A stretch of DNA of 37,958 bases from a virus (taxonomy: Duplodnaviria > Caudoviricetes): positions 1 to 37,958 of IMG/VR virus record IMGVR_UViG_3300030372_002658; one strand, given 5' to 3'. A program made the position numbers and the translations under genes. Below the pieces are notes generated by a model that saw only the letters and a program-made list of their open reading frames with translations, was not told the origin of the DNA and made no database searches. How positions within the stretch are numbered: position 1 is the first letter of the stretch; each line of letters opens with the position of its first letter. Shown here one piece after another: positions 20,101 through 27,936 of this stretch.

Positions 20101-23100
20101 ATTAAACAATGTTGCTGCTCTGCAAAGAGCTGCTATTACAGATGTTGAAATATCAACAGAAGATGAAGCGTCTGTTGTTATATGTTTAATGGATTCAGCA
20201 GATGTAGGTTATGATAATAAACCTTTTGATGCTTATGTATATAATGCACCACAAACTCCAGTCATAACTTCTAATTTTGATGCTACTAAATATCTCGGAG
20301 TTGCCGCAGAAACAATATCAGACACGAATACAGGTAAAATTACTGTAAATGGTGGCGTTAATGAAAACCAAACAGGCTTAACGATTGGTGATGATTATTT
20401 CTCAGATGATGCAGGAAATATTAAAAAGTTTATGACTAGCGCAACAAGCACAAATGCTTCACCAACAGGAAATTTTGCTGTAATGGACGATTCAGATACT
20501 ACAATTCAAGATGTTAGTAGTGCTTATGAGTCAAATTCAGGTACTTTTGTTTTAGCGTATAAAGATAATAATAATAATTATGGAACTGCGGTTGCGGGTA
20601 CATGGTCTAGTGGAACTGTAACTTGGGGAACACCAGTTGTGTTTGAATCAAGTTCAATAGATGACCAACCGCATATATGTTCAGGTGGCAATAGAGTTCA
20701 TGTCACTTACAGGGCTTCTGATGGAGCGGGCGGTATAAGGAGTGCATCAATATCAGGAACAGCAATGACTTTTGCTGCTGAAACTATTTTTGCTCCTAAT
20801 AATGCTACCTATGGAAACCCAATGGGTTATCATTGTGTTTATGATACATCTACAAACTATGTTATTGTTGTTTATTCAGGTGGAACAGGCACACCACATG
20901 ATTTTTTTGCTCAACCTTTATACCATGACACAAGTGATGGCACATATACTTTAGGTACTGCGGTAGTCTTAATGAATAATCAAGTTCAAGTCAGTCAAAA
21001 TACTGATTTAGTTTTTGACCCTGATACAAACAGGTCAATAGTAGTTTACACAGATGGTACAAATTCTAATCAAGTAACTGCTCAAGTTATACAATCAACA
21101 GGAACATCAGGTTCACCGACTGTAACAGCAGGTGCAGATTCAATTATAGATGCAGGTGATGGTGCTACTGAATTGTGTGCTTGTTATGATACAGAAAACA
21201 ATAAGGTTTTTGTTGCTTACGACAATAGTACAGATGGTGAAACAAAAGGGATTATAGGAACAGTTACAGGCGGTGGTACAAATACCATAGCTTTTACTGG
21301 TAATGCTACTATATGGAATCCTAGCGGTAATCCTGCTCATTTTGATATTGAGTTTGATGGCGATAATAATAAGGCATTTTTCTTTTATAGAGATGAAGAT
21401 AGTGGAGATGATTTTACATATAAAATTTTAACTTTAGGAGCAAGTTCGTTTTCAGTCGCAGATGGTGCGGTTTTAAGTGCTAATGATAATAGATTAAATA
21501 GTGGGAGTGCAAGTTTTGGTACAGGTAAAGGTGTTTTAGTAGGTACACAAGACACAAATAATTCTAGCAAATTATCTTATGCAACAGTCTATTATGGAAC
21601 AACTACAACCTACACCCAAACAGATAGCCAATTTATCGGTAAAGCGATAGCTGCTGATAAACTGTTATTAGAAGAACAAGACCATAATATTATTTATGGT
21701 AAGGCATCAAATACGATAGCAAAGGGCAATCCTGTTATTGTAGAAGCTGATGGAGATTTTGCTAAACCTGAAGGAGTTTCAACAACTGTCGATTGGTCAT
21801 TAGGTAGTTTAATAACACCACAAGCTAGTATTACTGTTACTTGGGTAAATATTGATTACAACACAGCACAAAATAAATTTGTTGCTTTTTATGAAGATAG
21901 AAGTGACAGCGATTATTTATATGGAAATGTAATATCTAATGATGGCACAACTTTAACAGGTGGCTCTAAATCAAGTGCAGGCACTAATTTCCATGTTAGA
22001 GTATTAAAATCAATTTATATTGGCGATAGCAAACACATAGTATTTATGAGAGATGATAGCAATAATTATGGTAAAGCTGTTGTAGCAACTGTATCAGGCA
22101 CATCAATAAGTTATGGCACACCACTAACTTTTCAAAGCTCATATATTCAATATAGAGGTTCAGCATATTGGGATTCAGACAAAAATGTTGCTGTTTTTTG
22201 GGGTGCTTACAATAGTAGTTACTTATATAATGCCGCATGGACATTTACTGTATCAGGAACAACATTAACTAAAACAGCAGGTCCAGTTGATGGTGGTGAT
22301 AGCAATACAGATTATTTTTCTGCTGAATATGACTCTGATCAAAAAATAGGTGTTGTGGCGTGGAGAAATACAAGTGATGATGGATATGTGCGAACAATAT
22401 CTTTAACAGATGCAGGTGCGGCAACAATGAATACTGCGGTTAATTATAATAGCACTACTAATGTTGTTCATTCACCTCATGGTATGACTTATGATACAGT
22501 TAATAATAAAATGATTTTAACTTTTGGAGAAACTTCAAATGGTTATTTATACGCAATACCATTAACTGTAAGTGGAACAGGAATAACAGCAGGAACAAAA
22601 TCAGAGGTTGTCGGAGCTAATGTAGGTAGTAGATTTGCGGCACAAGCCACAACACAGGGAAGTATTGCTATTACTTATACAGATACGAGTTATAATGCTA
22701 TTTCTTATAAGCAAGGTGATGCGAGTGGATCAACGATTACTTATTCAACACCTGTGTCATCAATAGCAAGTGTAACAAGTTATGATGAGGCAGATTTGGC
22801 ATTTAATACAACAGATAATGTTGTTGTTAGTGCTTTTAGAAATGCTGATGATGATGATTTAGATGCGATTGGTTTTATTCCATCGGGAACAGTAACGACT
22901 TATCCATTAACTACTGAAAACTTTTTAGGATTAGCGGATAATGCTTCATCAGCTAATAGCATATCCAAAGTTAGAATAAATGGAGTTGACGCCAACAACT
23001 CAGGATTAACCGCAGGACAATTATATTATGTTAAAAATGATGGCACATTATCAACAACAGCAGAAAGTGGTAAAACAGTAGAAGCTGGTAAAGCACTTTC

Positions 23101-23131
23101 AGCAACAAAACTATTAGTTAACACATCATAA
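17171..23131 (+). CDS. Giant tail fibre / receptor-binding protein
   Basis: 1986 aa; N-terminal anchor (PSNINNAIRELM), GNVT repeats, DAATKGYVD, APATLDTLNELAAALGDD, NNLSDV...ARTNLGL fibre motifs; three beta-propeller-like regions. Confidence 0.92.
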   Translation: MAKTKISQFDATAANNTDLNSISIAEGTAPSNINNAIRELMSQLADLNLGNEVLSTLKIDNLHFDSNSIVTLDTNGDLNLTPNGSGAVVISKADINGGNIDGTPIGASSASTGAFSTLSASSTANLGSTVTVSGGNVDAVIGANTPAAITGTVITANTNFAGDITGNVTGNVTGNLTGNVTGNVTGNVTGDVTGNITASTGSSTFNNVTINGTLDMDSTTTQTITGLATPSGSSDAATKGYVDTEVSALVDSAPATLDTLNELAAALGDDASFSTTVTNSIAAKLPLAGGTMTGNINLDSNSLTNLAAPSGANDAARKAYVDTADALKLNLSGGTMSGDINADSNKVTNLATPTNTGDATSKSYVDGILGSATSAATSASNASTSATNAANSATASANSATASANSATSAAASYDSFDDRYLGAKSSAPTVDNDGDALIEGALYFNTTSNQLFVRNSSNAWTQAAFTASGFLSGSNNLSDVDSASTARTNLGLAIGSNVQAHDADLDALAGLTSAADKGIQFTGSGTAATYDLTSAGKALLDDTTAAAQRTTLGLGSVSTLDAGTSANNAVQLDGSAKLPAVDGSALTGMASGGTVSLVADGGITAGKPCLLTDAGKAQMIKETSTGNNVTEAVGVAHEVDDTGYYGTYHSAVINIGSDKVLFYWRNHSDYYLHARVGTIDGTNKTITFGSETVIASENSNQGGTIGYDPDADACCLYYHRGSVGDWAIKKITVSGTTITVGTTVPISASNYATHSSPMKMKYDPDNNQLILIAHSNTQTSKQYPVAFAFTVTGTDAAASHYSQHTQELYASSSYEAGFDYDTVNNKWVGAFIGNYSAGVGLVKCICITNSGSAFTWGATYDGGVSNSTAPYCVSYNTDAGKFLLTFTNTDGSSGANDAGAQVLSLSGTTITGGNIVQVCQDDTSPFLSSMYNETAKKHILVCRDNSGSTTMTNIYHGTISGTTSTWSGNTTAADIQLNNVAALQRAAITDVEISTEDEASVVICLMDSADVGYDNKPFDAYVYNAPQTPVITSNFDATKYLGVAAETISDTNTGKITVNGGVNENQTGLTIGDDYFSDDAGNIKKFMTSATSTNASPTGNFAVMDDSDTTIQDVSSAYESNSGTFVLAYKDNNNNYGTAVAGTWSSGTVTWGTPVVFESSSIDDQPHICSGGNRVHVTYRASDGAGGIRSASISGTAMTFAAETIFAPNNATYGNPMGYHCVYDTSTNYVIVVYSGGTGTPHDFFAQPLYHDTSDGTYTLGTAVVLMNNQVQVSQNTDLVFDPDTNRSIVVYTDGTNSNQVTAQVIQSTGTSGSPTVTAGADSIIDAGDGATELCACYDTENNKVFVAYDNSTDGETKGIIGTVTGGGTNTIAFTGNATIWNPSGNPAHFDIEFDGDNNKAFFFYRDEDSGDDFTYKILTLGASSFSVADGAVLSANDNRLNSGSASFGTGKGVLVGTQDTNNSSKLSYATVYYGTTTTYTQTDSQFIGKAIAADKLLLEEQDHNIIYGKASNTIAKGNPVIVEADGDFAKPEGVSTTVDWSLGSLITPQASITVTWVNIDYNTAQNKFVAFYEDRSDSDYLYGNVISNDGTTLTGGSKSSAGTNFHVRVLKSIYIGDSKHIVFMRDDSNNYGKAVVATVSGTSISYGTPLTFQSSYIQYRGSAYWDSDKNVAVFWGAYNSSYLYNAAWTFTVSGTTLTKTAGPVDGGDSNTDYFSAEYDSDQKIGVVAWRNTSDDGYVRTISLTDAGAATMNTAVNYNSTTNVVHSPHGMTYDTVNNKMILTFGETSNGYLYAIPLTVSGTGITAGTKSEVVGANVGSRFAAQATTQGSIAITYTDTSYNAISYKQGDASGSTITYSTPVSSIASVTSYDEADLAFNTTDNVVVSAFRNADDDDLDAIGFIPSGTVTTYPLTTENFLGLADNASSANSISKVRINGVDANNSGLTAGQLYYVKNDGTLSTTAESGKTVEAGKALSATKLLVNTS
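17654..17761 (+). repeat. 9 x 12-bp G(N/D)(V/I/L)T coding repeat
   Basis: GDIT GNVT GNVT GNLT GNVT GNVT GNVT GDVT GNIT with synonymous divergence. Confidence 0.9.
18281..18409 (+). repeat. Ser/Ala heptad coding repeat in the fibre shaft
   Basis: SATSAAT SASNAST SATNAAN SATASAN SATASAN SATSAAA. Confidence 0.8.
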
Positions 23132-23141
23132 GGAGAAAAAA

Positions 23142-23597
23142 ATGCAAACGATAGTAAGAAATGGAACAAATATTAGTCTTTATTATTATCCAGATAGTAA
23201 AACTATAGATATTGGTTCTGACCAAACAACAATAAGTGATGGTGGCACACCTGAATTAATTATTGCAGATTGCAATTCAAGCAACGCAACATTACATCAA
23301 GGCGTAGATGCTCTATCAGATTATTGGGGTTGGAAATATAAACATGATGGTTCTGCATGGTCAGCTAATACAGATTTTAAAGGTAGTAATCACCTTTCAT
23401 CTGACATTAATGACTCTGTAACAACTATTCCTGTTGATAGCTCAAACCCATTTACTACATCAGGCACTGTACAAATTGGTGATGAAAAAATTACATATAC
23501 AGGCGTTGATGGTACAAACCTAACTGGTTGTACTAGAGCTTCAGCATCAACAAGTGCTGCAAGTCATACTGCTAACGCACAAGTCACACAAGTCTAA
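23142..23597 (+). CDS. Tail-fibre-associated protein
   Basis: 151 aa right after fibre; C-terminal LSSDINDSVTTIPV...GDEKITYTG...LTGCTR beta-module common in phage structural proteins. Confidence 0.65.
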   Translation: MQTIVRNGTNISLYYYPDSKTIDIGSDQTTISDGGTPELIIADCNSSNATLHQGVDALSDYWGWKYKHDGSAWSANTDFKGSNHLSSDINDSVTTIPVDSSNPFTTSGTVQIGDEKITYTGVDGTNLTGCTRASASTSAASHTANAQVTQV

Positions 23598-23764
23598 TGT
23601 CAAAGCCTACTGTTGCTACTGTAAAGCAACGCATTGACGACCATGTTGACTCTTGTGCAGCAAGATATGAAGCAATAGAAAGACGATTAAATCGCATTGA
23701 AGCAATAATGATAGGTGCAAGTGCGTCTATTATTATGTTGTTGTTAAAAATAATATTCTTTTAA
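23597..23764 (+). CDS. Small coiled-coil + C-terminal TM protein (55 aa, XhlA-like layout)
   Basis: TAATG overlap; MSKPTV...HVDSCAARYEAIERRLNRIEAIMIGASASIIMLLLKIIFF. Confidence 0.7.
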   Translation: MSKPTVATVKQRIDDHVDSCAARYEAIERRLNRIEAIMIGASASIIMLLLKIIFF

Positions 23765-23765
23765 A

Positions 23766-24176
23766 ATGTCCACAAGAATAGGCTTACAGGGAGAATTAAT
23801 AGCAAGTTCTCTTTTGTTAAGCTATGGCATTGACAACGACCTTGTATCTAAAGATGGTTATGACATTATTGCATGGATTAACGCTAAACCTTTTCGTGTG
23901 CAGGTTAAGGCAACTTTAAAGCCTCATATTGAAGCTGGTGAAACAAAATACCGATATAATTGGAACTTAGGTTTTGGTAAAGAAAAAAAACCATACACAT
24001 CTAATGAGTGTGATATTATCGTATTGGTAGCGTTGGATAGACGATTATGTCATTTCATGTTGCCAAACAACAATAAATCAAAAAAAATGTATATTAATAA
24101 AATGACAATAGAAAACGAACAACAAACATTTAATGAAGTTATTGGTGATGTTAAAAATAAATGTATGTGTAATTAG
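23766..24176 (+). CDS. PD-(D/E)XK endonuclease, free-standing homing-endonuclease-like
   Basis: G..GE, YDII and RVQVKAT catalytic motifs, CDII. Confidence 0.75.
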   Translation: MSTRIGLQGELIASSLLLSYGIDNDLVSKDGYDIIAWINAKPFRVQVKATLKPHIEAGETKYRYNWNLGFGKEKKPYTSNECDIIVLVALDRRLCHFMLPNNNKSKKMYINKMTIENEQQTFNEVIGDVKNKCMCN

Positions 24177-24185
24177 GAGAAAAAA

Positions 24186-24647
24186 ATGATTAGTTTATTA
24201 GGTTCTTTACTTGGTTTTGGCACATCTTTCTTACCAAGCGTTTTAGGCTTCTTTGAAAAGAAAGCAAAATTTAAACAAGACCTACTTATGTTAGAAGCAA
24301 AGGCAAAATATGCCGAACAAATGTCTAAATATAAGATACAAGAATTAGACGCAGAAGCCGATATAGCCGAAGCAAAAGCCATCTATGCTCATGCCGAGCA
24401 ACTTTCCAAAAACAATTCCTCTAAATTCATTGGTGCATTACAGGCATCAGTACGCCCAGTTATTACTTATTTACTGTTTTCTGTGTTTGCTTTTGTTAAA
24501 GTTACGCAAGTTATTATGGCAGTTCAAGGTGGTGGAGATGTCTTACAAGGCGTTGTAGCTGCATGGGATTTAGAAACACAAGCCATGTTTAGTGCTGTTA
24601 TAGCATTTTGGTTTGGTAATCGTATGATGAAATCAGCAAAAAAATGA
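24186..24647 (+). CDS. Holin-like membrane protein (3TM holin family)
   Basis: N-terminal hydrophobic helix, ASVRPVITY and AFWFGNR motifs, basic C-terminus. Confidence 0.7.
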   Translation: MISLLGSLLGFGTSFLPSVLGFFEKKAKFKQDLLMLEAKAKYAEQMSKYKIQELDAEADIAEAKAIYAHAEQLSKNNSSKFIGALQASVRPVITYLLFSVFAFVKVTQVIMAVQGGGDVLQGVVAAWDLETQAMFSAVIAFWFGNRMMKSAKK

Positions 24648-24820
24648 AAAACTTTCTATTCCTTTGTTTATGTATATTAACTGCTTTAGTTACTTACATA
24701 ACATTAGGAAGCATTGTCTATGAATATAGCGACATATTTTTCATTAGCTTACCCCTTAACTTGTTGTTAATTGTGTGTTATTATTTTTTTTACAAAAAAA
24801 GACAAAAGGAAAATTTATGA
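24644..24820 (+). CDS. Small 2-TM protein (58 aa)
   Basis: ATGA overlaps at both ends; MKNFLFLCLCILTALVTYITLGSIVYEYSDIFFISLPLNLLLIVCYYFFYKKRQKENL. Confidence 0.6.
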   Translation: MKNFLFLCLCILTALVTYITLGSIVYEYSDIFFISLPLNLLLIVCYYFFYKKRQKENL

Positions 24821-24996
24821 ACATATTTACAAAAATAAGTGCTTATAGTTTATTTAGTGTTTTAGCTATACTTGCTGTTACATTGTTTCTTGTTAGCTGT
24901 GGTAGTTCACGCATTATGCTCAATGCTGATATACCTGAATCACAACAAATAGACATAACTATTTCAACGCAAGATAACGAAACAGCTACCGAGTAA
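24817..24996 (+). CDS. Small lipoprotein (59 aa)
   Basis: Start ATG 24817; hydrophobic signal followed by lipobox LVS-C. Confidence 0.65.
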   Translation: MNIFTKISAYSLFSVLAILAVTLFLVSCGSSRIMLNADIPESQQIDITISTQDNETATE

Positions 24997-25559
24997 TGTC
25001 CACACCACAAGTAACGCACATTGAAGCTGCGTTAAGTGATGACCAAATCAAAACCATTTTAGATGTTATGCCACGCATTGAAAGCAACAAAGGTGGTCTA
25101 ACAGGTGGAGCTGTCGATAAAGATTATCGTAATGTTGAGGTTAAGGCTTTTGACGCAAACAACAAAGACCTAGAATTTTTAGCTGTAATGATTGGTGAGT
25201 TTGCCCAAACAGTTAATGATAAATATTATGGCTTTGACATTAAAGGCTTTGCCGAGCCTCTCCAATTTTTAACTTATGGTGTTAATGGTCGATACGATAG
25301 CCACATGGACATTCAATGGTCAGATTTAAAAACAAATGTTCCGAATAGAAAGCTAACAGTCATCACACAACTATCAGACCCTAAAGATTATGAGGGTGGC
25401 GATCTTGAATTAGATATTACAAGCGATAATTTTACAATTCCAAAGGGAAAAGGCGATATGATAGCGTTTCCTGCCTTTTTAATGCACAAAGTACACCCAA
25501 TAACTAAAGGAACTCGTTGTAGTGTTGTATCTTGGCTTTCAGGCGATAGTTGGAAATAG
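24996..25559 (+). CDS. 2OG-Fe(II) oxygenase (PKHD/prolyl-hydroxylase-like)
   Basis: HxD (SHMD), RKLT, YEGGDL, distal H (LMHKV) and 2OG-binding R (GTRCSVVSW). Confidence 0.92.
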   Translation: MSTPQVTHIEAALSDDQIKTILDVMPRIESNKGGLTGGAVDKDYRNVEVKAFDANNKDLEFLAVMIGEFAQTVNDKYYGFDIKGFAEPLQFLTYGVNGRYDSHMDIQWSDLKTNVPNRKLTVITQLSDPKDYEGGDLELDITSDNFTIPKGKGDMIAFPAFLMHKVHPITKGTRCSVVSWLSGDSWK

Positions 25560-25566
25560 GTATATA

Positions 25567-25791
25567 TTACCCTTTACTTGTGTCTATTTTGCTTTGTATG
25601 GCGTTTAAATCAATTAATTTTTTAAAACATTTGTCCTTAAACTCGGTAAATGCTCCATAATGGACAATTTGACCTTTTCCATTCACAACCCACCCATCAC
25701 CATTCATATCAATCATCTCGCCACAAGCTGCACATGGCTTGTCATCAATTTTTGGTTTAATCCAACTCTTTTTCTTTTTCTTTTTCGGCAC
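25567..25791 (-). CDS. Small Zn-finger-like protein with poly-Lys N-terminus
   Basis: CAAC...H...C; 74 aa, GTG start. Confidence 0.6.
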   Translation of the reverse strand: MPKKKKKKSWIKPKIDDKPCAACGEMIDMNGDGWVVNGKGQIVHYGAFTEFKDKCFKKLIDLNAIQSKIDTSKG

Positions 25792-26053
25792 GATAATATT
25801 CTTCGTAGATTTTAATTTGCTTTGGGTGTTTTTCTTTTAGTTGGCTTAGTCCATTCATTATAGATGTGTGATCTCGTTTAAATGTCCAACCAATATCTTC
25901 CAACGAATATTCTTTTGTCATTCTATAAATATGCCAACACAACCATCTTGGTTCTAGTATTGTAGTAAATCTTCTTTTACCCTTAACATCATTTAATGTA
26001 ATCATGTAATCATCAAGTATCTTTTCTATTGTTCTCTTTAATGCTTTGTTCAT
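25757..26053 (-). CDS. Stand-alone DnaA C-terminal (domain IV) HTH protein
   Basis: PRW..W....MTKEYSLEDIGWTFKRDHTSIMNGL matches the DnaA signature SL..IG..F.RDHTTV. Confidence 0.8.
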   Translation of the reverse strand: MNKALKRTIEKILDDYMITLNDVKGKRRFTTILEPRWLCWHIYRMTKEYSLEDIGWTFKRDHTSIMNGLSQLKEKHPKQIKIYEEYYRAEKEKEKELD

Positions 26054-26228
26054 ACCTTGTCTTTTCTTGTAATAAATCTAGTAAGCCATATACCAAATTC
26101 CATAACATACTTGTTGTGTACTCTTTTTCAATACACTTATTTTTAATAAATATTTTAATTATTACTTTATTGCCCTCAGTTGCAGGTATCAAATAGACAT
26201 CTGATTTAGGGTCTATGTCATCTGCCAT
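26013..26228 (-). CDS. Hypothetical protein
   Basis: 71-72 aa ORF within the coupled minus-strand operon. Confidence 0.6.
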   Translation of the reverse strand: MADDIDPKSDVYLIPATEGNKVIIKIFIKNKCIEKEYTTSMLWNLVYGLLDLLQEKTRYEQSIKENNRKDT

Positions 26229-26401
26229 CACGATATGACATAAATTGCAATTAATAATAAAGCGATTAAAACACCGATTAATTTTTTTGTATTGTTTGGC
26301 TTTTCACCATACGCCTCATTATGTGGAGTAGATTTATCATCAGCAACAAATCTGCCTTTACTGTCTTTTGCTCTAACTCTTTTTTTCTTTGTTTTAGCCA
26401 T
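26228..26401 (-). CDS. Small basic protein with C-terminal TM (57 aa)
   Basis: TAAGGAG RBS; MAKTKKKRVRAKDSKGRFVADDKSTPHNEAY...LIGVLIALLLIAIYVIS. Confidence 0.7.
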   Translation of the reverse strand: MAKTKKKRVRAKDSKGRFVADDKSTPHNEAYGEKPNNTKKLIGVLIALLLIAIYVIS

Positions 26402-26410
26402 AGTTTCTCC

Positions 26411-26557
26411 TTATATTTTTATTTCTTTTTTATCAAAATGTTCATTCATACATACAATTTTCATTTTTTTTCCTACGATCTTGCAACTCATAGGTAGTGA
26501 TACAGGTACTGCCGCCCTATCAGTTGCACGAAATCGTATGCTAGGTGGTCTAGCCAT
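26411..26557 (-). CDS. Small hypothetical protein (48 aa)
   Basis: TAATG overlap with the ssb stop; fills the operon gap. Confidence 0.55.
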   Translation of the reverse strand: MARPPSIRFRATDRAAVPVSLPMSCKIVGKKMKIVCMNEHFDKKEIKI

Positions 26558-26979
26558 TAGAAGGGAATATCATCATCGATTTCAGTAGATGTGTTTGTTG
26601 ATGGTGCATTAGATGATGTGCTTGATGTTTGGCTACTATTGTTTTCACCTAACATAGTCAATGTACCATTAAAGTTTTGTAATACAATTTCAGTTGTATA
26701 TTTGGTCACACCATCTTTATCTTCCCATTTACGAGTTTGAAGCTGACCCTCAACATATACCTTAGAACCTTTTTTAACATATTGCTGAATTACACCGACC
26801 AAACCCTCGTTATAAACAACGATATTATGCCATTCGGTTTTTGTCTTTCTTTCACCTGATGCCTTGTCTTTCCAAGACTCGCTTGTTGCTAGTGAAAATT
26901 TAGCTATTTTCCCCTCATTTATAATATCAGGGTCATTACCTAAATTACCTATTAATTGAACTTTATTTAAACTACTCAT
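26557..26979 (-). CDS. ssb: Single-stranded DNA-binding protein
   Basis: NKVQLIGNLG, TEWH, EGQLQTRKW, C-terminal DDDIPF; alphaproteobacterial-type sequence. Confidence 0.97.
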   Translation of the reverse strand: MSSLNKVQLIGNLGNDPDIINEGKIAKFSLATSESWKDKASGERKTKTEWHNIVVYNEGLVGVIQQYVKKGSKVYVEGQLQTRKWEDKDGVTKYTTEIVLQNFNGTLTMLGENNSSQTSSTSSNAPSTNTSTEIDDDIPF

Positions 26980-26987
26980 TTTTTCTC

Positions 26988-27602
26988 CTATTGGTTGTTA
27001 ATTGTAAATTTAATTTTTATTAATTCATGTAGTGTTCTTTTTTGGCTACCATCAAGATCGCTATTTTTTAAACGATTTTGTAAATCTTTCCATTTGGTAT
27101 CAAAATCTTCTTGTGTTTCAATGTTTTTAATTTCAAGCATAAAACCATCATATTGATTTTCAGCATTATGTTCTTTGTAGCCATGTTCATCATCACTATT
27201 TTCTCTGCTAAATGCTTCAGGATTTTCTTCCTCACTATAAATGTCACCATACACATCACACGCTTTTAAAATAACTCTATCGTGTCCTCTTTTCTCAGCC
27301 ATAGATATTGGGTATGCGTTCTTACAGTTTTTACTATTTGCTTCACCAAAACTTTCAATTAAATTGCCATCTTTGGTTAAAACTTTTGCTTTAATAACAA
27401 TGTTATCTTGTATAACTATTGGCAAATCATAATGAACATATAGGTCTTGCTTTGCAGCAATAATTTGACAACCTTTATTTGTAATAATATTTAGTCCTTT
27501 ATTTTGTGGTAGTTGCCAAGTTAATTCATTAAATCTTTGTTCAGTAATATCTTCACCTAATAATGTTTTTAACTTTTCTGTTATTTCTTGTTTGTTGCTC
27601 AT
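26988..27602 (-). CDS. Putative ssDNA-annealing protein (Rad52/Sak-like fold inferred)
   Basis: Lies between exonuclease and ssb; ESFGEA...MAEKRGHDRVILK core motif. Confidence 0.45.
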   Translation of the reverse strand: MSNKQEITEKLKTLLGEDITEQRFNELTWQLPQNKGLNIITNKGCQIIAAKQDLYVHYDLPIVIQDNIVIKAKVLTKDGNLIESFGEANSKNCKNAYPISMAEKRGHDRVILKACDVYGDIYSEEENPEAFSRENSDDEHGYKEHNAENQYDGFMLEIKNIETQEDFDTKWKDLQNRLKNSDLDGSQKRTLHELIKIKFTINNQ

Positions 27603-27611
27603 TGTAACCTC

Positions 27612-27764
27612 CTATCGTAACCAACATTTATGATGTATGCCATCTTCTTTGTGTTTTGCACAATATATGCAAAATCCATCTTCGTCATAATGATTCATAG
27701 CTTTGTCATGTTCTTCTTGTTCAGCTAAATATTCTTGCCTAGTCATTTGATATTCTTCAACCAT
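27612..27764 (-). CDS. Small Zn-binding protein (50 aa)
   Basis: MVEEYQ...FCIYCAKHKEDGIHHKCWLR; TGGAG upstream. Confidence 0.55.
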   Translation of the reverse strand: MVEEYQMTRQEYLAEQEEHDKAMNHYDEDGFCIYCAKHKEDGIHHKCWLR

Positions 27765-27914
27765 CTACTTATTCTCCATAGCAATAGTCTTTCTAACCCA
27801 TTTATCGTTTTCACGAACCACATCATTTTTTAATGGTCTGCTATCACCGCCTGTATGAGATTGTGTTTTACCTTTATCAGTAGGTTTTTTACCTTTAATT
27901 AATTTTTTACCCAT
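27765..27914 (-). CDS. Small basic hypothetical protein (49 aa)
   Basis: TATGGAGATAAT-ATG; MGKKLIKGKKPTDKGK... Confidence 0.55.
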   Translation of the reverse strand: MGKKLIKGKKPTDKGKTQSHTGGDSRPLKNDVVRENDKWVRKTIAMENK

Positions 27915-27936
27915 ATTATCTCCATAAACACCCATA

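Noticed and set aside
540-22244. Antisense/shadow ORFs (e.g. 540-893, 2731-3117, 7135-7602, 9972-10208, 14888-15220, 17158-18057)
   Set aside because: They overlap well-supported plus-strand genes, lack RBSs and mirror the codon bias of the real genes.
17171-23597. Diversity-generating retroelement or invertible fibre switch
   Set aside because: No reverse transcriptase, invertase or TR/VR near-identical repeat pair seen.
23131-24188. Identical AGGAGAAAAAAATG at 23131-23144 and 24175-24188 as cassette ends
   Set aside because: Low-complexity ordinary RBS-spacer-start, also nearly present before ssb; no independent evidence of mobility.
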